Shown here piece by piece: positions 1 to 9,879 of a stretch of DNA of 64,000 nt (position 1 is the first letter of the stretch; each line of letters starts with the position of its first letter). The stretch is taken from positions 124,001-188,000 of the forward strand of contig NW_027139272.1 of assembly GCF_035084215.1 (NCBI RefSeq). Reading direction: 5' to 3'. Source of the stretch: Heptranchias perlo (Eukaryota). The translations under genes and the position numbers were made by a program. Below the pieces are notes generated by a model. It ran no database searches. It had not been told where the DNA came from and saw only the letters and a program-made list of their open reading frames with translations.

Positions 1-133
1 TAAACACATGAGGGAGAAAGGAATAGAAGGATATGCTGATCGGGGGAGATGAAGTAGGGAGGGTGCAGCAATAACACTGGCATAGACCTGTTGGGCCGAA
101 TGGCCTGTTTCTGTGTTGTAAATTCCATGTAAC
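1..133 (+). mobile_element. CR1 LINE 3' end fragment
   Basis: End of ORF2 (KHMREKGIEGY) followed by the typical CR1 3'UTR GGGCCGAATGGCCTGTTTCTGTG, seen in many copies in this window. Confidence 0.75.
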
Positions 134-159
134 GGGTCACGTTCCGGTAACGCACACAA

Positions 160-430
160 GCACCCAGTGTTCACGAGTGAGCCTTCACAGTGAGGACCAG
201 GAAGCTATTCAACCATGGGGGTATTACAATTTAGTTGAACCCCGTCCTCACCCGATGTCAACACGCACGGGCTTTCCAGCCGGGGAGACTGAGTAGGTCA
301 TCGGATTTAGGTCACCTGCCCGATTATCTCCCCCATCCCCACCCCACCCACCCCAAGGGGTACTGAGGCCAGGTGCAGCACCCCTCACTGCTACCCTGTC
401 CGGGAACAGCTGGCTCAGGACAGACTGGGA
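160..430 (-). mobile_element. Old SINE-like remnant in the alpha2-alpha3 intron
   Basis: Shares diverged motifs (GTGAGCCTT..CA, CC.GATGTC, CAGGGG..CTGAGGCCA..TG.AGC) with 16070-16310; family assignment is tentative. Confidence 0.35.
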
Positions 431-480
431 ATATAAACTTTGCCTGTACGGCACCTCCAGTTCCCGCTCGCTCGAGGTAC

Positions 481-756
481 CTTTCCTCTGTAGTGCTTCT
501 CGCCCAGCCCGAAGGTATATCAGCAGCCACTTCACACAGTCCTTTTCCAACAGGGTCTTGAAGTATTTGTTCATGAAGGTGTTCGCATTCCACCGGTCTG
601 CTAAAGTCTGGAACTCTGGATTCACCGCAATCCAACTCAATCTGTCCTTGTCAAAAACATACGCGTCCTCCCCGTCATATCCAAACTTTATAAACCCCTC
701 TGTGGAATTGTCGCTGTTCAGTTCGCAGCCACACATTCCCTGGACAAAGAAAACAC
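481..756 (-). CDS. MHC class I-like heavy chain, alpha2 domain exon
   Basis: Acceptor TTGTTTCTCCAG|GT at 756 and donor AAAG|GTACC at 481. Length is 276 bp, phase 1/1, the canonical class I alpha2 exon size. Encodes VFFVQGMCGCELNSDNSTEGFIKFGYDGED...RWNAN...LLEKDCVKWLLIYLRAGREALQRK with C101/C164, YDG and W147. Confidence 0.95.
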
Positions 757-811
757 CTGGAGAAACAACTCAAGTCAATTGAAAATGTGAAAAGGGTTCG
801 ATCGGGTACAT

Positions 812-1010
812 ACAACAACAACAACTTGCATTTATATAGCGCCTTTCACGGAGTAAAACATCACAAGGCACTTGACAAACAAAATTTGACACCGAGCCAC
901 ATGAGGAGATATCAGGACAGGTGACCAAAAGCTTGGACAAAGAGGTAGGTTTGAAGGAGCATCTTAAAGGAGGAGAGAGAGGTGGAGAGGTTTAGGGAGG
1001 GAATTCCAGA
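812..1010 (-). mobile_element. L2-type LINE 3' end
   Basis: (AAC)n tail plus TTGCATTTATATAGCGCC; reverse complement of the L2 3' ends at about 16780-16995 and 54900-55078. Confidence 0.75.
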
Positions 1011-1325
1011 GGGACTATTTCCTCAGGTGGGGGAATCAAGATCTTAGATTTAGAGCCAGGCCATTTAGGAGTGAAATCAGGAAGCACTTTATCACACAAA
1101 GGGGAGTGGGAATCAGGAACTCTCTCCCCCAAAAGGCTGTGGGATGCTGGGGACCCATTGGAGCTTTCAAGACTGAGATTGTTAAATTTTTGTTCGGTTA
1201 GGGTATCGATGGATAGGAAGCAAAGGCTGGAAAATGGAGTTACGGTGCAGATTAGCCATGATATAAATGAATGGTGGAGCAGGCTCGAGGGGCTGAATGG
1301 CCTCTTCCTCTTTCGATGCTCCTGA
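1011..1325 (+). mobile_element. CR1 LINE 3' fragment
   Basis: Similar to CR1 3' ends at 7290-7605 and 15120-15445 (RARPFR..RKHF, GGCTCGAGGGGCTGAATGGCCT). Confidence 0.75.
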
Positions 1326-1439
1326 GCAGCTGTGTTACGTTGAGGTTCCATTTATGCCCTGCTGTCTTGGACTTTAACCTTAGCAATAGGTTAGATTGTC
1401 ACAGAGAGTCATCGATCTCTGGAATTTCAGTGGGATGAG

Positions 1440-2727
1440 AACAGATCTGGTCCCGGGTAAATTGGAATCAAAGATTGTCAGGCAAAACTGTAATTGAACA
1501 GCGGGCGGCCTTTAAAGAGGAGATGGTTCGGGTACAGTCGAGGTACATTCCCAAGAGGGAGAAAGGTCGGGCAACTAAAGCCAGAGCTCCCTGGATGACA
1601 AAAGAGATAGAGAGTAAGATGAAACAGAAAAAAGGAGCATATTACAGATGTCAGGTTGATAACACAAGTGAGAACCAGGCAGAATATAGAAAGTTCAGAG
1701 GGGAAGTGAAAAAGGAAATAAGAGGGGCAAAGAGAGAGTCTGAGAATAGACTGGCGGCCAACATAAAAGGGAATCCAAAAGTCTTCTGCAGGCATCTAAA
1801 CAGTAAACAGGTAGTAAGAGGAGGGGTGGGGCCGATTAGGGACCATAAAGGAGATCTACTCATGGAGGCAGAAGAGATGGCCAAAGTACTAAATGAGTAA
1901 TTTGCATCTATTTTTACCAAGGAAGAAGATGCTGCCAGAGTCTCAGTAAAGGAAGATATAGTTAAGATACTGGATGGGCTAAAAATTGATATAGAAGAGG
2001 TACTGGAGGGCACAATTCTAAAAGGGTACAGGAACAGAGAGATCTGGGGGTATATGTGCACAAATCATTCAAGGTAGCAGGGCAGGTTCAGAAAGCAGTT
2101 AAAAAAACATCCTGGATCCTGGGCTTTTTAAATAGAGGCATAGAGTACAAAAGTGTGGAAGTCATGATGAACCTTTATAAAACATTGGTTCGGCCACAAC
2201 TGGAGTATGGTGCCCAGTTCTGGGCACCGCACTTTAGGAAGGATGTGAAGGCCTTAGAGAGGGTGCAGAATTGATTTACCAGAATGATTCCAGGGATGAG
2301 GGACTTTAGTTATGTGGATAGACTGGAGAAGCTGGGATTGTTCTCCTTGGAACAGAGACGGTTGCGAGGAGATTTGATAGAGGTGTTTAAAATCATGAAG
2401 AAACTATTCCCATTGATGGAAGAGTTAAAAACCAGAGGTCATAGATTAAAGGTGATTGGCAAAAGAACCAAAGGTGACTTGAGGAAAAACTTTTTTACAC
2501 AGCGAGTGGTTAGGATCTGGAATGCACGGCCCGAGGGGATGGTGGAGGCAGATTCAATCGTGGACTTCAAAAGGGAACTGGATAAGTAATGAAAGGAAAA
2601 AATTTGCAGGGCTACAGGGATAGGGAAGGGGAGTGGGACTAGCTGGATTGCTCTTGCATAGAACCAGCACGGACTCGATGGGCCGAATGGCCTCCTTCCG
2701 TGCTGTCACCTTTCTGTGATTCGATGA
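1440..2727 (+). mobile_element. CR1 LINE ORF2 remnant with internal deletion of the RT core
   Basis: Linker peptide APWMT...NPKVF...VGPIRD...LNE, then a jump near 2008 straight to DLGVYVH...LVRPQLEY...FFTQRVV and the 3'UTR. Confidence 0.85.
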
Positions 2728-3175
2728 ACAAGTTGCCTGCATGCACAGTGTGTGTGGGTGGACTGCAAGTGTTGGAAAGGGGACTGGCGACCAATAGAAA
2801 GTATCTCGAGTTATAGGAGGTGTGTGGGGTTAATGGGGACCAGTGATATCAGACACTGTGGTCTCCTGCACCTTCCTCGATTCCCTGGGGGGGGGGTCGC
2901 AGAGGAATCTCCCAGAGTGTTTGCTTTCCTAACTTGGCCTCAGTTTCATCCTCTTTCTTTGGCCTCTCCCAGGAGATTGTGTGACTGTGGGAGGGAGAGG
3001 GTGCTGATGGTGTGTGTGTGTGTGTTGTTTCACCGTGCCAAGACAGGACAGGCTTGATGGACCCGCCTGTCCTGATTTCATCTGTTTGTTAGTAACCCTG
3101 GCAACGCAGCTTTAGAAGAGGAGAAACAAGTGGCAGCGATGATTTCATTCCAACGTTCAAGGTGCTCACATCAAA

Positions 3176-4290
3176 TCCCTCAGTGCTGCCCCTCCCTCAG
3201 TGCTGCCCCTCCCTCAGTGCTGCCCCTCCCACAGTGCTGCCCCTCCCACAGTGCTGCCACTCCCTCAGTGCTGCCCCTCCCACAGTGCTGCCCCTCCCTC
3301 AGTGCTGCCCCTCCCACAGTGCTGCCCCTCCCTCAGTGCTGCCCTCCCTCAGTGCTGCCCCTCCCACAGTGCTGCCCCTCCCTCAGTGCTGCCCCTCCCA
3401 CAGTGCTGCCCCTCCCACAGTGCTGCCCCTCCCTCAGTGCTGCCCCTCCCACAGTGCTGCCCCTCCCTCAGTGCTGCCCCTCCCACAGTGCTGCCCCTCC
3501 CTCAGTGCTGCCCCTCCCACAGTGCTGCCCCTCCCTCAGTGCTGCCCCTCCCACAGTGCTGCCCCTCCCACAGTGCTGCCCCTCCCTCAGTGCTGCCCCT
3601 CCCACAGTGCTGCCCCTCCCTCAGTGCTGCCCCTCCCTCAGTGCTGCCCCTCCCACAGTGCTGCCCCTCCCTCAGTGCTGCCCCTCCCTCAGTGCTGCCC
3701 CTCCCACAGTGCTGCCCCTCCCTCAGTGCTGCCCCTCCCTCAGTGCTGCCCCTCCCTCAGTGCTGCCCCTCCCACAGTGCTGCCCCTCCCTCAGTGCTGC
3801 CCCTCCCTCAGTGCTGCCCCTCCCTCAGTGCTGCCCCTCCCTCAGTGCTGCCCCTCCCTCAGTGCTGCCCCTCCCTCAGTGCTGCCCCTCCCACAGTGCT
3901 GCCCCTCCCTCAGTGCTGCCCCTCCCACAGTGCTGCCCCTCCCTCAGTGCTGCCCCTCCCACAGTGCTGCCCCTCCCTCAGTGCTGCCCCTCCCACAGTG
4001 CTGCCCCTCCCTCAGTGCTGCCCCTCCCACAGTGCTGCCCCTCCCACAGTGCTGCCCCTCCCTCAGTGCTGCCCCTCCCTCAGTGCTGCCCCTCCCTCAG
4101 TGCTGCCCCTCCCTCAGTGCTGCCCCTCCCACAGTGCTGCCCCTCCCTCAGTGCTGCCCCTCCCTCAGTGCTGCCCCTCCCACAGTGCTGCCCCTCCCTC
4201 AGTGCTGCCCCTCCCTCAGTGCTGCCCCACCCTCAGTGCTGCCCCTCCCTCAGTGCTGCCCCTCCCTCAGTGCTGCCCCTCTCTCAGTGC
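3176..4290. repeat. 17-bp minisatellite CAGTGCTGCCCCTCCC(T/A), about 65 copies
   Basis: Direct periodicity of 17 bp. Confidence 0.95.
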
Positions 4291-4376
4291 TGCACTGGGA
4301 GTGCCAGCCGAGATTTTGTGCTCCAGTCTCTGGAGTGGGTCTTGAACCCACAACCTTCTGAACTAGAGGTGAGAGT
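3176..4376 (-). mobile_element. Deu-domain tRNA-derived SINE (SacSINE1/AmnSINE1-like), internally expanded and 3'-truncated
   Basis: Minus strand reads ACTCTCACCTCTAGTTCAGAAGGTTGTGGGTTCAAGACCCACTCCAGAGAC (B-box-like GGTTCAAG) and runs into the 17-bp array. Confidence 0.75.
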
Positions 4377-5648
4377 AAGAAGGTCGTGGTTTCAGGCCCC
4401 ACTCCAGAGATTTGAGCGCATAATCTGGGCTGACACTCCAGTGCAGGACTGAGGGAGCGCTGCACTGTCGGAGTGGCAGTACTGAGGGAGTGCTGCATTG
4501 TCGGAGGGGCAGTACTGAGGGAGTGATGCACTGTCGGAGGGGCAGCACTGAGGGAGTGATGCATTGTCGGAGAGGCAGTACTGAGGGAGTGATGCATTGT
4601 CGGAGGGGCAGTACTGAGGGAGCGCTGCACTGTCGGAGGGGCAGTACTGAGGGAGTGCTGCACTGTCGGAGGGGCAGTACTGAGGGAGTGCTGCACTGTC
4701 GGAGGAGCAGTACTGAGGGAGTGATGCATTGTCGGAGAGGCAGTACTGAAGGAGTGCTGCACTGTCGGCAGGGCAGTAGTGAGGGAGCGCTGCACTGTCG
4801 GAGAGGCAGTACTGAGGGAGTGCTGCACTGTCGGAGAGGCAGTACTGAGGGAGTGCTGCATTGTCGGAGGGGCAGTACTGAGGGAGTGATGCATTGTCGG
4901 AGGGGCAGTACTGAGGGAGTGATGCATTGTCGGAGAGGCAGTACTGAGGGAGTGCTGCACTGTCGGAGAGGCAGTACTGAGGGAGTGCTGCATTGTCGGA
5001 GGGGCAGTACTGAGGGAGTGATGCATTGTCGGAGGGGCAGTACTGAGGGAGTGATGCATTGTCGGAGGGGCAGTACTGAGGGAGTGATGCATTGTCGGAG
5101 GGGCAGTACTGAGGGAGTGATGCACTGTCGGAGGGGCAGTACTGAGGGAGTGATGCACTGTCGGAGGGGCAGTACTGAGGGAGTGATGCACTGTCGGAGG
5201 GGCAGTACTGAGGGAGTGATGCATTGTCGGAGGGGCAGTACTGAGGGAGTGATGCATTGTCGGAGGGGCAGTACTGAGGGAGTGATGCATTGTCGGAGGG
5301 GCAGTACTGAGGGAGTGATGCACTCTCGGAGGGACAGTACTGAGGGAGTGATGCACTATCGGAGATGCCGTCCTTCAGATGAGACGTTAAATCGAGGCCC
5401 CGTCTTCCTGTTCAAATGAACATAAAAAGAACCAATTGCTCCCATTTCTCCCTCAATCCACACCAATAAAAACAGATGAACAAATCAATCATCTCATTGC
5501 CATTTGCTGTGCTGAAAATGTCTGCCATGTTACTCCCAGATAGTGCCAATGACCAGGTCATTCCAAGTCATTTAATGGGTGTAAAGTGGTTCGGGACATT
5601 TCTCCGAGACAGGATAAGGCTCTATATGGATACAAATCCTTTCCTCCT
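4373..5648 (+). mobile_element. Deu-domain SINE with internal 33-bp expansion
   Basis: AGAAGGTCGTGGTTTCAGGCCCCACTCCAGAGA head, Deu-like core GCCGTCCTTCAGATGAGACGTTAAATCGAGGCCCCGTC, and a decayed tail ending about 40 bp from the alpha1 donor. Confidence 0.75.
4443..5363. repeat. 33-bp minisatellite GCAGTACTGAGGGAGTG(A/C)TGCA(C/T)TGTCGGAGGG, about 28 copies
   Basis: Direct periodicity of 33 bp (11-aa repeat ORFs). Confidence 0.95.
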
Positions 5649-5687
5649 GTCAGTCGATAGCTGCACCGGCTCTGTGAGGATACTCAC

Positions 5688-5948
5688 TCGAGGCACCGTG
5701 TTGCTGTCGGTAAAATATCTCGGCGTTTCCTCTGACCAGACCATGGAACCCCGCCATTGTGATGGCGATGGCGTCCCAGTGATGGTTGTCGAAGGAGTCG
5801 GCCATCCACTGCTGTCTGGGCACAGTCCGCTGCAGGGTGCTGTCGAAATACACTATCTCATAGTCATCGAGCATCGCGACCAAGCTGTACTCGGGCATCT
5901 CGGCCCCGCCACGGCTCAGTATGTAGTAAAATGCGAGGATGTGGAAAT
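5688..5948 (-). CDS. MHC class I-like heavy chain, alpha1 domain exon
   Basis: Acceptor CTGTGATCCTGCAG|AT at 5948 and donor TCGA|GTGAGTA at 5688; 261 bp, phase 1/1. Encodes FHILAFYYILSRGGAEMPEYSLVAMLDDYEIVYFDSTLQRTVPRQQWMADSFDNHHWD... with class I motifs H3, PEF-like, LDD, YFDS, PRQxW, WD. Splices in frame to the alpha2 exon (A+GT=Ser). Confidence 0.93.
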
Positions 5949-6036
5949 CTGCAGGATCACAGACAGAAACCAGTCTCAAAAATGACGTTAATCATAAGTA
6001 ACTCAAAGTGGAAACGACTAATGCTCAGCCTGGTTA

Positions 6037-6850
6037 GACCATAAGACCATAAGAGATAGCAGCAGGAGAAGGCCATTCAGCCCCTCGAGCCTGCTCCGCC
6101 ATTCAATGAGATCATGGCTGATCTGATTTTTACCTCAACTCCACTTTCCCGCCCTTTCCCCATATCGTTTGACTCCCTTGCTGATCAAAAATTTGTCTAA
6201 CTCAGCCTTGAATGTGTTCAATGACTCCACAGCTTTTTGGGATAAAGAATTCCAAAGATTCACAACCCTCTGGGAGAAGAAATTCCTCCTCATTTCCGTC
6301 TTAAACGGGCGACCCCTTATTCTGAGACTATGCCCCCTAGTTTTAGATTCCCCCATGAGGGGTAACGTCCTCTCAGCATCTACCCTATCGAGTCCCCTCA
6401 GAATCTTGTATTTTTCATAAGATCTCCTCTCATTCTTCTAAACTCCAATGAGTATAGACCCAACCTGTTCAATCTTTCCTCATAAGACAACCCTTCCATG
6501 CCTGGAATCAACCTCGTGAACCTTCTCTGAACTGCCTCCAATGCAAGTATGTCCTTCCTTAAATAAAGTCACCAGAACTGTACGCAGTGCTCCAGGTGTG
6601 GTCTCACCAGCACCCTGTGCAGTTGGAGCATGACTTCCCTGCTTTTATACTCCATCCCCCGAGAAATAAAGGCCAATACTCCGTTTGCCTTCCGGATTAC
6701 CTGCTGCACCTGTATGTTGACTTTTTGTGTTTCATGTAGGAGGACACCCAGATCCCTCTGTACCGCAGCATTTTGTAGTATTTCTCCATTCAAATAATAT
6801 TTTGCTTTTTTATTTTTCCTCCCAAAGTGGATGACTTCACATTTTCCCAT
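6037..6850 (-). mobile_element. CR1 LINE 3' part
   Basis: KCEVIHFG...LVRPHLEHCVQFW...FFSQRVVNLWNSL on the minus strand, with short tail repeats (GACCATAA)2. Confidence 0.9.
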
Positions 6851-6974
6851 ATTAGGCCACAGTGAGGACGTTGCGTCCGATTTTGGATACCATGTGTTGA
6901 AGAGGATGTCAAGCTCACGGAGAAGGTCGGGAAGAGATTTGCTCGGGCGATCCCAGGGAATCTGGTGGACAGCT

Positions 6975-7605
6975 ACAAAAATGGAATGGCTAATGGAACG
7001 TTGGCCTTTATCTCGGGGGCTGGAATACAAAGGGGAGGAAGTTATGTTCCAGCTGTTCAGAGCTCTGGTCAGACCACATCTGGAGATACTGTGTTCAGTT
7101 CTGGGAACCGCACCTCAGGAAGGATAGATTGGCCTTGGAGATTTAGCAGAATGATACTGGGGCTTAGAGGGTTAAATTATGAGGACAGGTTGCATCGACG
7201 AGGCTTGTATTCCCTTGAGTGTGGAAGATTAAGGGGTGATCCAATTGAGGTGTTTGAGATGATTAAAGGATTTGATAGGGGAGATAGAGAGAAACTATTT
7301 CCTCTGGTGGGGGGAGTCCAGAACAAGGGGGCGTAACCTTAAAATTAGAGCTAGGCCGTTCAGGGGTGATGTCAGGAAACTCTTCCACACACAAAGGGGA
7401 GTGGAAATCTGGAACTCTCTCCCCCGAAAAGCTGTTGAGGCTGGGGGTCAATTGAAAATTTCACAACTGAGATTGATGGATTTTTGTCAGGTAAGGGTAT
7501 TAAGGGTTACGGAATCAAGGCTGGTAGATGGAGTTAAGATATGCATCAAGCCATGATGTAATTGAATGGCAGAATAGGCTCGAGGGGCTGAATGGCCTCC
7601 TCCAA
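6975..7605 (+). mobile_element. CR1 LINE 3' part
   Basis: ANGTLAFIS..GLEYK..LVRPHLE motifs across frameshifts, followed by the 3'UTR. Confidence 0.85.
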
Positions 7606-7671
7606 CACCGAGGTTCCGATGAGAGGCTTCAGTTATGAGAACAGACTGGGATTCTTTTCACTGGTACAGAG

Positions 7672-8328
7672 ATAAGAACATAAGAAACAGGAACAGGAGT
7701 AGGCCATCCGGCCCCTCGAGCCTGCTCCACCATTCAATCAGATCATGGCTGATCTCCTACCTCAACGCCATTTTCCTGCACTATCCCCATATCCCTTGAT
7801 GCCTTTAATATCTGGAAATCTATCGATCTCTGTTTTGAATGTACTCAATGACTGAGCCTCCACAGCCCTCTGGGGTAGAGAATTCCAAAGATTCACCACC
7901 CTCTGAGTGAAGAAATTTCTCCTCATCTCAGTCCTAAATGACCTACCCCTTATTCTGAGACTGTGACCCCTGGTCCTAGACGCCCCAGCCAAGGGAAACA
8001 TCCTCCCTGCGTCTGCCCTGTCGAGCCCTGTTAGAATTTTGTATGTTTCAATGAGATCACCTCTCATTCTTCCAAACTCTAGAGAATACAGGCCTAGTCT
8101 ACTCAATCCCTCCTCATACGACAATCCCGCCATCCCAGGAATCAGTCTGGTGAACCTTTGTTGCACTCCCTCTATGACAAGTATATCCTTTCTTGGAGAC
8201 CAAAACTGCACACAATACTCCAGGTGTGGTCTCACCAAGGCCCTATATAATTGCAGTAAGACATCTTTACTCCTGCACTCAAATCCTCTTGTAATAAAGG
8301 CCGACATACCATTTGCCTTCCTAATTGC
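7672..8328 (-). mobile_element. CR1 LINE 3' part nested in an older plus-strand CR1 (about 7615-8500)
   Basis: ORF 7762-8307 LVRPHLEYCVQFWSP...FFTQRVVNLWNSL with TAAGAACA tail; the host CR1 sequence resumes at about 8330. Confidence 0.85.
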
Positions 8329-9879
8329 TAATGGTCAAGGGGATCTGATGGAGGGGTCCAAACTATCAGGGGTTTGGTAAAATAAAGAGAATAAACACTT
8401 TCCGTTGGTCAGTAAGTCGGAAACTAGAGGGCATAAATTTAAGATCAAGAGCAAAGGGAGAGATTAGGGGGAATTTTGTTAATGGAGAGGGATGTTCGGA
8501 GACGGAGGCTGGGATTTCCTGCTTCAGTGCTCCAAGCGGACACCACTAGCCCACGTTGGAAAATTCCTCAGCCGTGATTCTCCCACCATTCATTTTACTG
8601 GCTAGAAGTTCAGAGCTTTGTGAAGTGGCAGCTTCCGTTAGGAGCTCCCAGGAGTTCTGGAGCAGGAAAGCATTGGTCAGACTGCCCGACCAGAGGGCAG
8701 AACAGGTCCCACAATAGCTGCTCAAAGGAAAGTGGATAAATATTTTTTTTAATTTTTCTTTTTAAAAGAGTCTGGGCAAAGGTCAGGAGAAAGTGGGTAG
8801 CGCTTTCAGAGAGCCAGCATAGCATGATGGGCCAAATGGCCTTCTTCTGTGCTGTACAATGTTATGTTCCTACGATTCCTACTGTTAACAAGATGGCTCC
8901 TGGGCTGGCTGCTCCCTCGGGAGCTCCTTTGCTGGACAATCCTATCCTTGGTCATCCATTGCCATCCTTTGCCCTTTCTCCCCCAATCTCCTCTCTTCCA
9001 CTGTTTAAGTTCCCTGGCTCTAATAGTGGGTGCATTTTACCCCTACCCACAAGTTCAAGCTGCAAGTTTAAACTTACCTGGGCCCACTGCCCATTCCCCG
9101 ACCGGGCCTGCTCTTTGTTTACATCAGTGAAAACTGGATCTTTGCTCAAATTTGGCTTCTGAATTCCTCGACTTCTCAACACTACGCTACTCCACTGGAA
9201 GACTCAGCTGCTTAAGAGTTAAGGTAACTTTGTCCAGCCCACAGCCCATCCCCCAGCTATTACCTGCTGAGTTTATGACTGTACTACTGGTTTTTCAGCT
9301 TTATTTTTCTACAGTCTGGTTCCTGGCCAGAAATTCACTCCCCTGGGCCGAAGTCCATTCCTCCGCTGCTTCTAGATCTTACAGTGACCTCCATCTTCAC
9401 CATTGTTCTTCTGCTCTGCGATCGATTCTCCAAACCTCCTGGCTCTTCATCCCCACGGAAATCCCCCCCAGCAGTGCGTCCTCCGATAATCTACCCTTCA
9501 AATAGCTTCTGGACTCACTCACCCTCCACACCCTGTCACCGAACCTGGACATCAGTTGGTTGATGCTCCAAGCTGACTCCACCCTATCTACATCAACTTT
9601 ATCCCACCACAGGACCTCTGACTTTAACTGTGGACTCCCTCCTATTGTCTCCTCTCTGTTCCCCGTTTAGTAACAGGTCACATGGTTCGCCCTATTTATA
9701 CCCTGCCCGATTTTACGCTCCATTGAAGCTGAACCAAATCCATCCCATTCCCTCTGGACAGGTTAGGTTAAAATCGAGGCTTTAGCATGAGGAAGATATC
9801 ATCCTGACGTCTGTCCCAAGTCGCCTTTTACTAGTTTGAACCTAAGTCGTACTCCCACAATTTAGTGTGAAGTATTGTA

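Noticed and set aside
248-480. C-terminal extension of ORF 248-736, and similarly 5650-5687
   Set aside because: Read-through into introns past canonical donor sites
3130-5419. Cys/Pro/His-rich ORFs (QCCPSLSAAPP, HCRRGSTEG) resembling keratin-associated or metal-binding proteins
   Set aside because: Translations of SINE-derived 17-bp and 33-bp arrays, open in several frames, lying inside the class I intron
9070-9182. Perfect minus-strand donor CAG|GTAAGT as a possible leader exon
   Set aside because: The upstream sequence is hydrophilic and gives no ATG-initiated signal peptide
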